A stretch of 64,000 bases of DNA from Phycisphaerales bacterium. GTDB taxonomy: Bacteria; Planctomycetota; Phycisphaerae; WQYP01. The translations under genes and the position numbers were made by a program. Positions 1 through 9,333 of this stretch are shown piece by piece. The notes under the pieces are model-generated. The model was not told where the DNA came from. It saw nothing but the letters and a program-made list of their open reading frames with translations, and ran no database searches. The first letter of the stretch is position 1, and every line of letters starts with the position of its first letter. Location of the stretch: NCBI GenBank assembly GCA_027451365.1, contig DAIDJN010000041.1, positions 89,679 through 153,678 of the forward strand. Reading direction: 5' to 3'.

Positions 1-2
1 GC

Positions 3-236
3 AAGCCGGGTGAGGTAAAGGGCACCGTTACCAATATTATTAATCCTGGAACCAAACAGGTCCGGTTCATGCCGGGCGGTGGCGGACGGGTTGCCGCCGG
101 ATTTAAGCAGAATCCCTTTAAATCCGGTCCGCTCACGGTTTGGGCTGTCGACCTGGATGACAACAAGCTTGGTATCAGCGACCACGGCAGTTATAAATTG
201 AAAGATACCGCGCTGCCCGCGGTTAAAGGTGTTTAA
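3..236 (+). CDS. C-terminal fragment of an unknown protein; the gene starts upstream of the window
   Basis: Open frame 3 runs from the window edge to TAA at 234-236, in the same orientation as downstream genes. No homology recognised. Confidence 0.3.
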   Translation, partial: KPGEVKGTVTNIINPGTKQVRFMPGGGGRVAAGFKQNPFKSGPLTVWAVDLDDNKLGISDHGSYKLKDTALPAVKGV

Positions 237-413
237 CCAGCCCGGTCAGATGGAATCGGGATATGTTGTACCGGTTTGGGCTTGGTGGTCGGGCGGCGTT
301 CCATTCTTTGGCACGTTGCCGCGAAGAATTGCCGCTGCTCTGGCCGGTTGCCCACTGACCCGCAGGGGGCGTAAAATCCGTCCAGAACGGTGTTTGACTT
401 TTGGAAGTAACTT

Positions 414-2357
414 ATGGCCGCTTCGGAACTTTCCCCCGCCATGCCGGACGGCTTTGAAGCCTGCCCGTTGAGTCCGGAAACAGATTCGAGCGTGCGCTTC
501 TGTTTGGTTGTCCGAACCAGGGCGGATACGGTCGCCGGCTGGTTTCTTCCATTAGGTGAATCATTCGATTCGCGTACCTTTCTCGGCTGCCTGACCGACC
601 AGCGCGGCGCCGTGCTTCAATGGATACAAATTTGCCTGCAAACCACAGATATCGCCCATCAGGGGCCGGAAACCGCCGGTGAACTCTGGTCCAATCATCG
701 TCTGGACCTGCGCTGGCAAAATGACTGCAATGCCGGTGCCGATTCGCTGGCCCTTCGCGGCCAATGGGAATCCGTTCATCCGCTGCCCTTATTCTTTGAT
801 ACGGCGACCCGCAGGCTCACCACCCTTGTGGATGCAGATTCCGGGCAGACCTGGCGGCTTTGCACGAATGATGCCCTTCTTGCCTCTTGCGGCCTGCCAC
901 CGTATGCAACATCCATGTTCAGATATTTATATGTCACATTCAATGATGGCCAATCCCGCTTTCTTGCGGTTCAGGACGACGCCCCGCAGAATGAATCCGT
1001 CGCGCTTTTGCGCGATATAATGACCGCTGCCGGCCGCCGGCCGTGGAACCCTGCTGGCGGTTTGATGCGCGTCAGGCGATGGAACAGCATGGTGACCGAA
1101 GCGTTTCTGGATGTGCTCGCCGGATTGCCTTACTCCGCGAAGTCAGCCGGCAAAGTTCCCGCGGATTTTGACAATCTGGGCCGCATTCTTAAGGACACGG
1201 GCGAAACGCTCTCCGCGGGCACTGTTTTTCTTGGCCGCCATGGTCAGCGCGGGCGTATTATCGAAAGCCTGCACCTGAAACTTAAATTTCTGGCCGACGC
1301 CGTCGATTGCGTCCGCCGCTTTACACGCAGCGCTCACCGGCCACTGTTGAATCTGCGGGCGGAAAGCTTTCAAACGCATCTGGCCGCGCCCTCCGTTGCG
1401 CTGCCATTTCTCTGGACGGCAAGCCTTGAACTGGTTGATTTTGGTCATGCCATTGAACTGGACATTCCCGGTTCAGGCAGCGTGTTTACCGAAGGAACTC
1501 TTGCGTTGCCGGACGTTTACAAACCCGCCTTCGATACTCGGCCGCTGGCTACAGAAAGCGCGGTGCTTCGCCTTAGGTCGGTGACCGGCGAACCTGATGG
1601 AACCTGCATCGTGGATGGCACATTGGCCAACCTTGAAGGAATCGTGCCGCAGCCGTCCGATCTGGTGTGCGTCCGCGTGGCCTTGGCCGACCAGCGTATT
1701 CTGCTGACCGGCTCAGCGGAAACGCAATCCGCCCTGGCTGCCGGCGAAGTGCGCTTTAGATCCAATCGTTTCCCGTTGTCAGGCGAACAATTAACTGCCA
1801 TGCAGGCCGCGCAGGGCACGGCGCTTCAGCCGGTGCGATTGCAATGCCTTCCGCGGAAGGACAGCGCCAGTGATCTTTACGCCCTGACGGTCCTGGCTTT
1901 GCGGGCACTCGTCGTGCATCCCGGCAATCCGCTGCCGGTTGCGGTGGATGAGCTGCGCGGCTTTGTCGCCCAGATTGCCCGTGACTTTTCCGCGGACAAG
2001 TCGCTGCCCCAGCGCATTGCCGAACTGCTTCTGGCTGATGAACGGTGGAACAAGTCTCTTGGTGCCCAGAACGTTTTTCCCGGACTGCCCGGCGACGATT
2101 CCGCCGGCGAATTGATTCCCGCCGTGCTTTGGACGCATGTCCTGGCACTTCTTGTGCGCATGGTGCCTGCGGCCGGCCCTGACAGTTTTTGCCGCGCATA
2201 CGGTATAATGCCGCCCGCCGGAATGGCCGGCGCGCTGGATCCCGTGGTCGATGTGTTATCTCGGCTCTTGATTCAGACCAGAAGCCTGATTGTAATTGAC
2301 TGGCAGGTGAACCGTGAGGTACACGCCGTGATTCGCCGATTTCAGTTGGGATTGTAG
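414..2357 (+). CDS. Hypothetical protein (647 aa), first gene of the pseudokinase/Hsp70 locus
   Basis: Long ORF with coding-like GC3 bias. No recognisable motifs. Antisense ORFs in the track (1756..2199, 1791..2138) are judged spurious. Confidence 0.55.
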   Translation: MAASELSPAMPDGFEACPLSPETDSSVRFCLVVRTRADTVAGWFLPLGESFDSRTFLGCLTDQRGAVLQWIQICLQTTDIAHQGPETAGELWSNHRLDLRWQNDCNAGADSLALRGQWESVHPLPLFFDTATRRLTTLVDADSGQTWRLCTNDALLASCGLPPYATSMFRYLYVTFNDGQSRFLAVQDDAPQNESVALLRDIMTAAGRRPWNPAGGLMRVRRWNSMVTEAFLDVLAGLPYSAKSAGKVPADFDNLGRILKDTGETLSAGTVFLGRHGQRGRIIESLHLKLKFLADAVDCVRRFTRSAHRPLLNLRAESFQTHLAAPSVALPFLWTASLELVDFGHAIELDIPGSGSVFTEGTLALPDVYKPAFDTRPLATESAVLRLRSVTGEPDGTCIVDGTLANLEGIVPQPSDLVCVRVALADQRILLTGSAETQSALAAGEVRFRSNRFPLSGEQLTAMQAAQGTALQPVRLQCLPRKDSASDLYALTVLALRALVVHPGNPLPVAVDELRGFVAQIARDFSADKSLPQRIAELLLADERWNKSLGAQNVFPGLPGDDSAGELIPAVLWTHVLALLVRMVPAAGPDSFCRAYGIMPPAGMAGALDPVVDVLSRLLIQTRSLIVIDWQVNREVHAVIRRFQLGL

Positions 2358-2415
2358 CCCGTCGCGGAAATCCCGCTTGATCCCGCGGCCATCCATAAAT
2401 TGAAAGGTCTGCACT

Positions 2416-2952
2416 ATGAAGTCACTTTTTAGCGTCAACAAACTTGTGTTCGCGCCGACGGCGGCATTTATGCTGCTGCTCGCCGGCTGTTCCCACGGCC
2501 CAATTGACCGCAACATGAGTCTTATGCTCGGAAAAAGTCTGCGGGCCAATCAGCAATCCACCAGCACCATTGCGGTGGATCTGGTCGGCGTGAATGCCAC
2601 CGATTACCAGCGCTGGTTCAACTATTCCATGACCGCCTATTTCACCGCGGGCGACCTTTTACGCGCGGGGGCTGACAAAATTACGCTTAATTTCACCCCT
2701 GGATCGGCTGCCACTATTGTGCTTTCCAAGGATAATCCGGTCTGGAAACAGTGGAGAGCTGATGGAGACACTTATATTTTTGTGCTGGCCCAGTTGCCCG
2801 GTATCCGACAGGATATGCCCGGCCCGCAGGACCCTCGCCGCCTGATTCTGCCACTGAAAAAATCCCGCTGGCCGGATTCCGCCAATCCAATCCGAATTTT
2901 GATAAAAAACAGCGGCGTGGTGTGTGAAACCCCGCCAAAATCCAAGAATTAA
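2416..2952 (+). CDS. Lipoprotein (178 aa)
   Basis: N-terminal signal peptide ending in the lipobox LLAGC|S (MKSLFSVNKLVFAPTAAFMLLLAGCSHG). Confidence 0.65.
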   Translation: MKSLFSVNKLVFAPTAAFMLLLAGCSHGPIDRNMSLMLGKSLRANQQSTSTIAVDLVGVNATDYQRWFNYSMTAYFTAGDLLRAGADKITLNFTPGSAATIVLSKDNPVWKQWRADGDTYIFVLAQLPGIRQDMPGPQDPRRLILPLKKSRWPDSANPIRILIKNSGVVCETPPKSKN

Positions 2953-3002
2953 CCCTCAAAGAACGTAACGGCGCTTCATCGCGCCGGGGCGGGAATGACC
3001 TG

Positions 3003-6000
3003 GTGCCCAACTTCGGTTCATATCAGACCGATCGCGTGACAGGCCGACGGGCCGACGGATCACTGCACACTTTGCCCGACCCTTCCCAGTGCTTGCTGGC
3101 CTTTGAACCGCCCGCTGATTTACTTTCGCCGGTCCGGCTTCACGCCGCCCAGTCAAACTTTATTGCGCGGTTTGATTTGCAGCGTACCGTCGCTGAAGGT
3201 TCGACCCGTTGGGCAAAAGTGTTCGATCTTGAGCCGCTGGAGCCTTCCGGCGCATTTTGTGTTATGGAAAGGCTTGATTGGCCGCTCGTGCGGCTGATCC
3301 GTCTGCGGGTCGCACCGTCACCGGCGGACCTTTACCGGTTGGTCACGGAAGTTCTTGAAGCGCTTCATGACGCGCAGAATCTGGTGGGCCGAAGCCACGG
3401 AAATCTGCGGGCGGAAAATATTTTTGCGTCCAGCGGCACATTGGCCGAAGCTCGCATTGTGCTGGTCGCGCCGCGTGCGTCGGTTTTCAATTCCACTAAA
3501 GCCGCATCAGATGATCTGGCCCAGCTTGGCCGCATCATCTGCGAACTTGTGGCTTCCCGCCGCTGGACTCCCACCACGCCGCTTGATCCGGGAATGGCGG
3601 AATTTCGCCAGCTTGGGGCGATCGGCCGGCGCTGGACTGAATTCTGCCGCTTTCTGCTGAATACCGATATTCACGCGGATCAGCGTTCTATCTTTTCAGC
3701 GCTGACCATGGCCGCAAAACTTAAACCACGAAAAAGTCGCGCGCCGATGGGAATCGGGATTACGGCGGCATTGATGCTTATCGCGGCGGTCGTGGCCGGT
3801 TATATTCACCACCGGCGGACACTTGAAGAAATGTCCCGTTTTAACGGGGCTTATTCCGCTTATAACACTGCCTGGCACGGCTGGTTTAAAGCCTTTACCC
3901 AAAACAAAAAACTTCTGGCCAGCGTGCCGGAATTTTCGCAGGTGAGTGCCGCACTTAAAGGTGGTATTGTCTTAAGCCCGAATAATATTCTTCACGAATT
4001 CACCGGACTTCTTTCGCCCGCCCAGATTCAAAAGGATCTGGCCAGCCATCCACATGAAGCCCAGCGACTGGGGCTGGCTGTGGTGCTGCTTATGCGCACC
4101 GAACGAATTCTCGGCAATATCCACGGAAAATTGATCCATCAGCAAAATCAGTGGAATTCCCGCGGCTGGCGGCGGGCCTCCGCGGACCTTTACGCACGCG
4201 GTGCGGCCCCGGTCCTGCCGGATCAGTCCATGGTTCCATTTTTGCGGCTGCACAGCGCGGCTTGGGCTGTCAATCCAGACCTGCGGAAGCTTCAGCTTAC
4301 GCCGGACGGCGTTTCGGCTGCGCAATGGTTCAGGCAAATTGCCGCCGCCGGCCAGGTGTCCGGAATCTGGTCACAATTATCGCCTGTTCTCAAGAGCTTT
4401 GCCGCCGACTCGCACCGATCTGTCGCTTCATTTGATCCTTACGCGAGCCGGTATCTGGCGTCTGCGTCAACCCCGGATATTCTGCTGATGCGACAGCGGC
4501 AGTTGCTGCGGGTTGCCCGGCGTCAGGCCACAGCGCTGGCCCGCTATGGCGGTTCTATACGCTGGGACCTTGTCGCTGCGCTCCCGCCGCGCAACATGCA
4601 ACTTCCGCCTGATAAGTATTTTCCGAATCTGGCCGACTATCGGGTTTTGGCCGGCAACGACAACGCCTACCTGCGACTTAAGCCGCAATTTACTGCCGAT
4701 GCGGCGCTGGTCCGCAGCGGAATTGCCCATGCCATGCGCCTGCCCAAGCCGCCCACTGTCAATTACCTAGCCGGATTGCGGGTGGCGGAAAGGAATTTCA
4801 GCCGCCTTTCCGACCATAATCTCTGGATATGGAAAAACCGTGCGATATTGGACAAACAAGCCCAATCGGCAATTCAGCGGGTGCAAAATCTGCATCAGTC
4901 CGTGACCGCATTTATCAATTCCCAGATCAATGTGCGGAAATGGGTGGCGCAATTGCTTGGATTGCATCTGGCATCGCAAAACTATCCGGTTAATCCGAAC
5001 GCACTGGTCATTTCCACGATTCCGGCAATTAACGCTGCCTACCTGGCCAAAGTGCGACGGATTCTTTTTGCGCCGGCCCCGCCTCCCGCCATGGCTTTAG
5101 AAGCGAATGTGCAAAGTTATAATCTTCTGGTCAGCTCCCTGCGGCCGCGCCGCTGGCGCATTCCGATTTTAACCGCGCGCATCACCGCTGTTCGCAATGC
5201 CCTCACACACATCCTCAGGAAGGATTTTCCAGCCGGTCTGTCAGATTCCGCCGCTCAACTTTCCCGTCCATGGAACCAGCAGTTGTTGCAGGCGGCGATT
5301 CTGCCCGCCCGTGCTTCAGCCGTCAGGCAGGCCATGCGGACGCTTCACTGGAATGACCTGACGCCCCAAATACAAAGCAGCGCCGTCCAAAGCTGGTTAT
5401 CGCGTCACAAGGCCTTCGAATCGCTGGTCATTAACTTTAACCGTATACAGGATGCGTTGAATGAATGTCGTCTGCTTAACGCATCGCTGCCTGGGGGCGG
5501 ATCCATCGCCCGACTGTATGCCCAGGCACGCGCTAATATTTGGTGGACCAATGCGGCAACCGCGCGAGCCTTGGCCCCTCAGATCGCGCTTTTGCGGCGT
5601 TTGGAACAGATTCATTCCGCCGCAATACCAGCGCTTTCCGTCGCCTGGAACCGTATCATTGCCGCCCATCCGGTCCAGCCTTTGCTGATCCGGGCAATCT
5701 GGCAGCGGCTTGGATTGGTGGCTCCCCAGCCGACCGCGAATTTGATGAACCTGGAGCATTCTCTGCCGGACCGATTGAAAGCCGCAATTGCCGCCGATTC
5801 TCAAATTTCCGCTGCGCGCAAAGCGGCCCTTCAGCACCTGCTGGCCGATCAATATCGTTTGCGCTGGCAACAGCGGATGAACGCTGCGGTGGGTGCAAGC
5901 CAGGTGAATCGAACTCTTGTCGCCGCCGCGGATTATCAGATTACTCTGTCGAAAGCTCCCGGTCTGACGGAATTCTCCACTCTGTCGGAACTTCGTCCGC

Positions 6001-7310
6001 GGGCGCAATTGAATATTCTGGTGCGGCAGTTTGCCGCAGGGGCCCAAGGCATTACCACGCCGGCCGGGGCCAGGGCTGCCGCCGCGCACATGCAGGAGGT
6101 GCTAACGGGCGCTTTTTCCAGACCCGGCTGGGCGAAACTTTCATCCAGTCCGCGATTGATCCAATTTCAGGAGGCCCTCGAAGGCATCTTAAAGGCGAAT
6201 CCGGCGCAAGCCCGCCAGCCGGCCGGGCCGGCTCTTGCCGGATGGAAACAGCAGAAACTTCCCAACCATGCCCGTCTGTTTACCAGTCCGTCCGGCCACC
6301 GGAAGTTGACCTTTGTTTTGCTGACGCCACCAGGACATAAACGATTTTATTTATGTACCACAGAACTAAGCGTGGGAATATTTCTTTCGGTGTTGAATTC
6401 CAGTTCCAGTTTAATCCATCGGCCATCCAATTCATTTTATAATCTGATCAAGCCGAACGGCAATTATTTCGGTCCGCATACCTGGGTATACCATCAAAGC
6501 GTCGGACAGGTTGAAATGGCCAAGTCCTGGTTTACGAACACCAATCAGATTTACAACGCGCCGCGCTATAGTTCGGCGCTGCAAGCCGCCGATGGCAAGC
6601 GTTTAAGCCCCGCCGCCGGTGGTCCGCCCCGGTCTGACGATCCGGTTAATTATCTGCCGCCGCAGGCGGCGGTTTATGTCGCGGCGCTGCTCGGTTGTCG
6701 ATTGCCAACGTCCGCTGAATGGCGGTATGCGTGGCGGGAAAAAGGCTCTGGCTCCCGGCCGCATCTGGCCGGCAAAACATTGGCCGGTTATGTGCAGTAT
6801 CTTAAACGTGTCAATTCATCGAAGGATGCCCGATTGCCCACTCCCCGTTACTGGGACCTTTATAATTATTCCGCCCCGGACCTGGCCGCATCGCTTCACT
6901 CATACGGTCCTTCGGCCAACCCGATTCTCTGGTTTGAACCGGTCAGCGGCGCGGCCCGGTCGCCTGCGTTTATACATTTGACCGGCAATGTGGCTGAATG
7001 GGTGTTTGACGATACCCAGGCATATTCCAAAGCGTTCAAGGGCTGGATCAAAACGCCCAAAGCCCTCAACAGCGGTGCTGTTCAGGCACTTTTCACACCT
7101 GCCGCTCTCAAAATGGTTTATGTGATTGGCGGGTCATGCCTTTCACCGCTGGGAAAAACCGCGCCGGACAAGCCGATCCCGATTAACTGGCACCTGCGGC
7201 GGACGCGAAGAGGCTTCGCGGATGTCGGCATGCGGCTGGCTTATCAACCGCGGGTGCTTACCCCGCAGGAACGCCTGGCGCAGCTGATTGGCGGCGATTG
7301 GTATTTCTAA
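3003..7310 (+). CDS. Large membrane-anchored protein: N-terminal degenerate Ser/Thr protein-kinase-like (pseudokinase) domain, one TM helix, long helical middle region, C-terminal FGE-sulfatase (SUMF1/formylglycine-generating-enzyme-like) domain
   Basis: Kinase catalytic-loop-like 'HGNLRAENIF' with the catalytic Asp replaced by Asn and no DFG motif. Subdomain IX-like 'SDDLAQLGRIICELV'. TM segment 'GIGITAALMLIAAVVAGYIHH'. C-terminal FGE motifs 'LPTSAEWRYAW' and 'HLTGNVAEWVFDD'. GTG start at 3003. Confidence 0.7.
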   Translation: MPNFGSYQTDRVTGRRADGSLHTLPDPSQCLLAFEPPADLLSPVRLHAAQSNFIARFDLQRTVAEGSTRWAKVFDLEPLEPSGAFCVMERLDWPLVRLIRLRVAPSPADLYRLVTEVLEALHDAQNLVGRSHGNLRAENIFASSGTLAEARIVLVAPRASVFNSTKAASDDLAQLGRIICELVASRRWTPTTPLDPGMAEFRQLGAIGRRWTEFCRFLLNTDIHADQRSIFSALTMAAKLKPRKSRAPMGIGITAALMLIAAVVAGYIHHRRTLEEMSRFNGAYSAYNTAWHGWFKAFTQNKKLLASVPEFSQVSAALKGGIVLSPNNILHEFTGLLSPAQIQKDLASHPHEAQRLGLAVVLLMRTERILGNIHGKLIHQQNQWNSRGWRRASADLYARGAAPVLPDQSMVPFLRLHSAAWAVNPDLRKLQLTPDGVSAAQWFRQIAAAGQVSGIWSQLSPVLKSFAADSHRSVASFDPYASRYLASASTPDILLMRQRQLLRVARRQATALARYGGSIRWDLVAALPPRNMQLPPDKYFPNLADYRVLAGNDNAYLRLKPQFTADAALVRSGIAHAMRLPKPPTVNYLAGLRVAERNFSRLSDHNLWIWKNRAILDKQAQSAIQRVQNLHQSVTAFINSQINVRKWVAQLLGLHLASQNYPVNPNALVISTIPAINAAYLAKVRRILFAPAPPPAMALEANVQSYNLLVSSLRPRRWRIPILTARITAVRNALTHILRKDFPAGLSDSAAQLSRPWNQQLLQAAILPARASAVRQAMRTLHWNDLTPQIQSSAVQSWLSRHKAFESLVINFNRIQDALNECRLLNASLPGGGSIARLYAQARANIWWTNAATARALAPQIALLRRLEQIHSAAIPALSVAWNRIIAAHPVQPLLIRAIWQRLGLVAPQPTANLMNLEHSLPDRLKAAIAADSQISAARKAALQHLLADQYRLRWQQRMNAAVGASQVNRTLVAAADYQITLSKAPGLTEFSTLSELRPRAQLNILVRQFAAGAQGITTPAGARAAAAHMQEVLTGAFSRPGWAKLSSSPRLIQFQEALEGILKANPAQARQPAGPALAGWKQQKLPNHARLFTSPSGHRKLTFVLLTPPGHKRFYLCTTELSVGIFLSVLNSSSSLIHRPSNSFYNLIKPNGNYFGPHTWVYHQSVGQVEMAKSWFTNTNQIYNAPRYSSALQAADGKRLSPAAGGPPRSDDPVNYLPPQAAVYVAALLGCRLPTSAEWRYAWREKGSGSRPHLAGKTLAGYVQYLKRVNSSKDARLPTPRYWDLYNYSAPDLAASLHSYGPSANPILWFEPVSGAARSPAFIHLTGNVAEWVFDDTQAYSKAFKGWIKTPKALNSGAVQALFTPAALKMVYVIGGSCLSPLGKTAPDKPIPINWHLRRTRRGFADVGMRLAYQPRVLTPQERLAQLIGGDWYF

Positions 7311-7461
7311 TCGGCGGCTGGCCGCTCTGGCCGACCGCCTGCCAATCTGATGCCCGACGTTCAGCGCGTCATCTTAGGCTTAATCTCGCCGCACGGTCGA
7401 ATAAATCGGTTGGAACCGGCAACCCGCTAATTTCAACGGTTAAATTCAGCTTTTCAGCAAT

Positions 7462-7535
7462 TGCGCCCGGCGGGAGTCGAACCCACAACCGTCCGCTTAG
7501 AAGGCGGATGCTCTATCCAGTTGAGCTACGAGCGC
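7462..7535 (-). tRNA. tRNA-Arg (anticodon TCT); CCA not encoded
   Basis: Reverse complement is GCGCTCGTAGCTCAACTGGATAGAGCATCCGCCTTCTAAGCGGACGGTTGTGGGTTCGACTCCCGCCGGGCGCA. It folds as a cloverleaf: 7-bp acceptor stem, D-arm GCTC..GAGC, anticodon loop CUUCUAA, T-arm GTGGG-TTCGACT-CCCGC. Confidence 0.9.
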
Positions 7536-7894
7536 TTCGGCTGCTTAAAATGTAAACGAAGCGGGGTGGCAAAGCCAATGGCGGGGTGGCGAACGCCGTG
7601 GAGCTATGCAAGCCAACCTCGCCGTTCCCTTTTTTTTGCCGCAGGCCAAAATATACGCCAACTCCGCAAAGCAGGAAAGGATGTGTGATTCGGTCCGCTG
7701 GCGGAACGATTGATCGCAGCTGCGCCGCGCTGCAAATAAAGTCGGTCCATCTGCCCGGAAACGCGATGATGCAATGGACTGGCGGCCCTGAATTTGCATG
7801 GCATTTCCGCTTCCCCACCATTCATTTTTTGTCCGCGTTGAAGTATACTTCTTAAGATTCGCTGGAGCGATATTCATGGCCAGGGAGTTGATAA

Positions 7895-9301
7895 ATGTTA
7901 TTGTCGCTGTCTGAAGATATGCTGGCGAATCCTTACCGAGTGATCGGTTTGCCCGCGGGTGCCGGACAGAATGATATCGACCTTGCCGTGCGGCGGATGC
8001 GAATATGGAAAAGCCCCGCGGACATTCCACCCACCCCATGGGATTTTCCCCAATTCGGTCCTGTTCCCCGCGAAAAGGCGGATTTGGAGCGGGCGGTCGG
8101 ATTGCTGATGAATCCGGCAACGCGGCTGGTGGCGCGAGCCTGGTGGTTTACCGCACTGCCAGGTGAGTTAAATACGGTCGCGGCTAAAACCGCCCCGGCG
8201 GCCGGCGTATCATTGCGTGCCTTGCAGGCCCATGACAAGGCGTTGACGTGTTTATTTGATCTGGCAAAAAAATCGCCGGATGTTTCCCGCAACCATTTAT
8301 CCTGGTGTGCGGCATTGGCCACTTTGGGCGTAAGCCTGCGTGCGGAAGATTATCTGCGCTGGTCGGCAGGCGTTGAGGTGACCGGAGCCGCCGAAGGTTT
8401 TGAAAAGGCCGCCAGTCCACAGGAAATAATGGATATACCCCAGTCATGGGCGTTGGCACTGTTGCCCAAACTGCGCAACTTCTGTCACAACGCGTACGAT
8501 GCCAGCGCGTTTGATCAGTCGGTTGCATTTATCCGTCTGGCCCAACAGACGAGTCGCGACCATCCGGAAGCCATGCATTTGCGGAGCACCATGCTGGAAC
8601 TTATGGAGCGCAATTTGCTAATCAATTGCCCGCGCGTACAGAATTTTATATACCACGGGATTCCATGGAAACGGTGGGAAAAAATTTTTGTTGGGCGAAA
8701 ATCCCGCCAGATATGTCGCCAGGCGGAGCAGGAGATTGAGCAGACGCTTTTACCTTTGTATCGGGCCTTCATCAAGCTTCAGGCACCGGAGTATCACGAC
8801 ACGCGAGCTGTACAAATCGCATTTAACGCGATGGTACGCAATATGGCCGTGGGCTGGTCGCACGTAGGCGCCACTGCCAATGCGCGCCGCTGGGGTGCCT
8901 TATTACAGTCGGAATCGCGACAACCTCTCACCGTGGGACGACGCTTGTTGATGAGTCTGCGGTCAAATCGAGTATCGTGGACAGTGTTAGGTGTCATCAT
9001 CCTGGGCGTTGCATCGAATCTGTTTAATCAATCGCCACGCGACACTTATTTTCCGCCCCGGCCCTATTACAATCCGGCCCTGCCCCATGCGCCGGCTCGT
9101 CAAAACATGCTCTCTGGCAATGCGCCTCAGCCTGCGGTCTCGGATGGCAATAAGGCTGCATTGCCATCTTACATCCGGCCACGCGCCTCACCACCTGACA
9201 TTTATCATCCACCGGTTTACTCTGGCGATACATCCCAATATCACCTGCCGCCAATGGGCGGCTGGGCACCGGCTGGTATATCACGACCTGGTGCCAGATA
9301 A
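7895..9301 (+). CDS. J-domain-like membrane protein with Pro-rich C-terminal tail (468 aa)
   Basis: GGAG RBS 7 nt before the ATG. N-terminus 'NPYRVIGLPAGAGQNDIDLAVRRMRIW' resembles J-domain helices II-III, but the HPD tripeptide is absent. TM segment 'VLGVIILGVASNLF' is followed by a proline-rich tail. It ends 32 nt before the Hsp70 paralogue. Confidence 0.55.
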   Translation: MLLSLSEDMLANPYRVIGLPAGAGQNDIDLAVRRMRIWKSPADIPPTPWDFPQFGPVPREKADLERAVGLLMNPATRLVARAWWFTALPGELNTVAAKTAPAAGVSLRALQAHDKALTCLFDLAKKSPDVSRNHLSWCAALATLGVSLRAEDYLRWSAGVEVTGAAEGFEKAASPQEIMDIPQSWALALLPKLRNFCHNAYDASAFDQSVAFIRLAQQTSRDHPEAMHLRSTMLELMERNLLINCPRVQNFIYHGIPWKRWEKIFVGRKSRQICRQAEQEIEQTLLPLYRAFIKLQAPEYHDTRAVQIAFNAMVRNMAVGWSHVGATANARRWGALLQSESRQPLTVGRRLLMSLRSNRVSWTVLGVIILGVASNLFNQSPRDTYFPPRPYYNPALPHAPARQNMLSGNAPQPAVSDGNKAALPSYIRPRASPPDIYHPPVYSGDTSQYHLPPMGGWAPAGISRPGAR

Positions 9302-9333
9302 TCACCATCGGATTTTTGAAAGGCTGTTCGAAG

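Noticed and set aside
1756-2199. Antisense ORFs inside long genes (e.g. 1756..2199 minus, 5397..6089 minus, 9366..10052 minus, 54528..55346 plus, 41545..42318 minus)
   Set aside because: Typical high-GC shadow ORFs: they overlap well-supported genes with recognisable domains on the opposite strand, have Arg/Gly/Pro-rich composition and no RBS.
7895-8000. Canonical DnaJ J-domain at the N-terminus of the 7895..9301 protein
   Set aside because: Helix II/III-like spacing is present, but the invariant HPD tripeptide is missing (sequence reads ...RMRIWKSPADIPP...). Called only 'J-like'. Needs profile search.
8991-9333. Extended N-terminus of the Hsp70 paralogue (ORF-track start 8991) overlapping the upstream gene
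   Set aside because: The Hsp70 phosphate-1 motif begins right after the GTG at 9334, which has an upstream AAAGG. The 8991 start would overlap the previous gene by 310 nt in a different frame.
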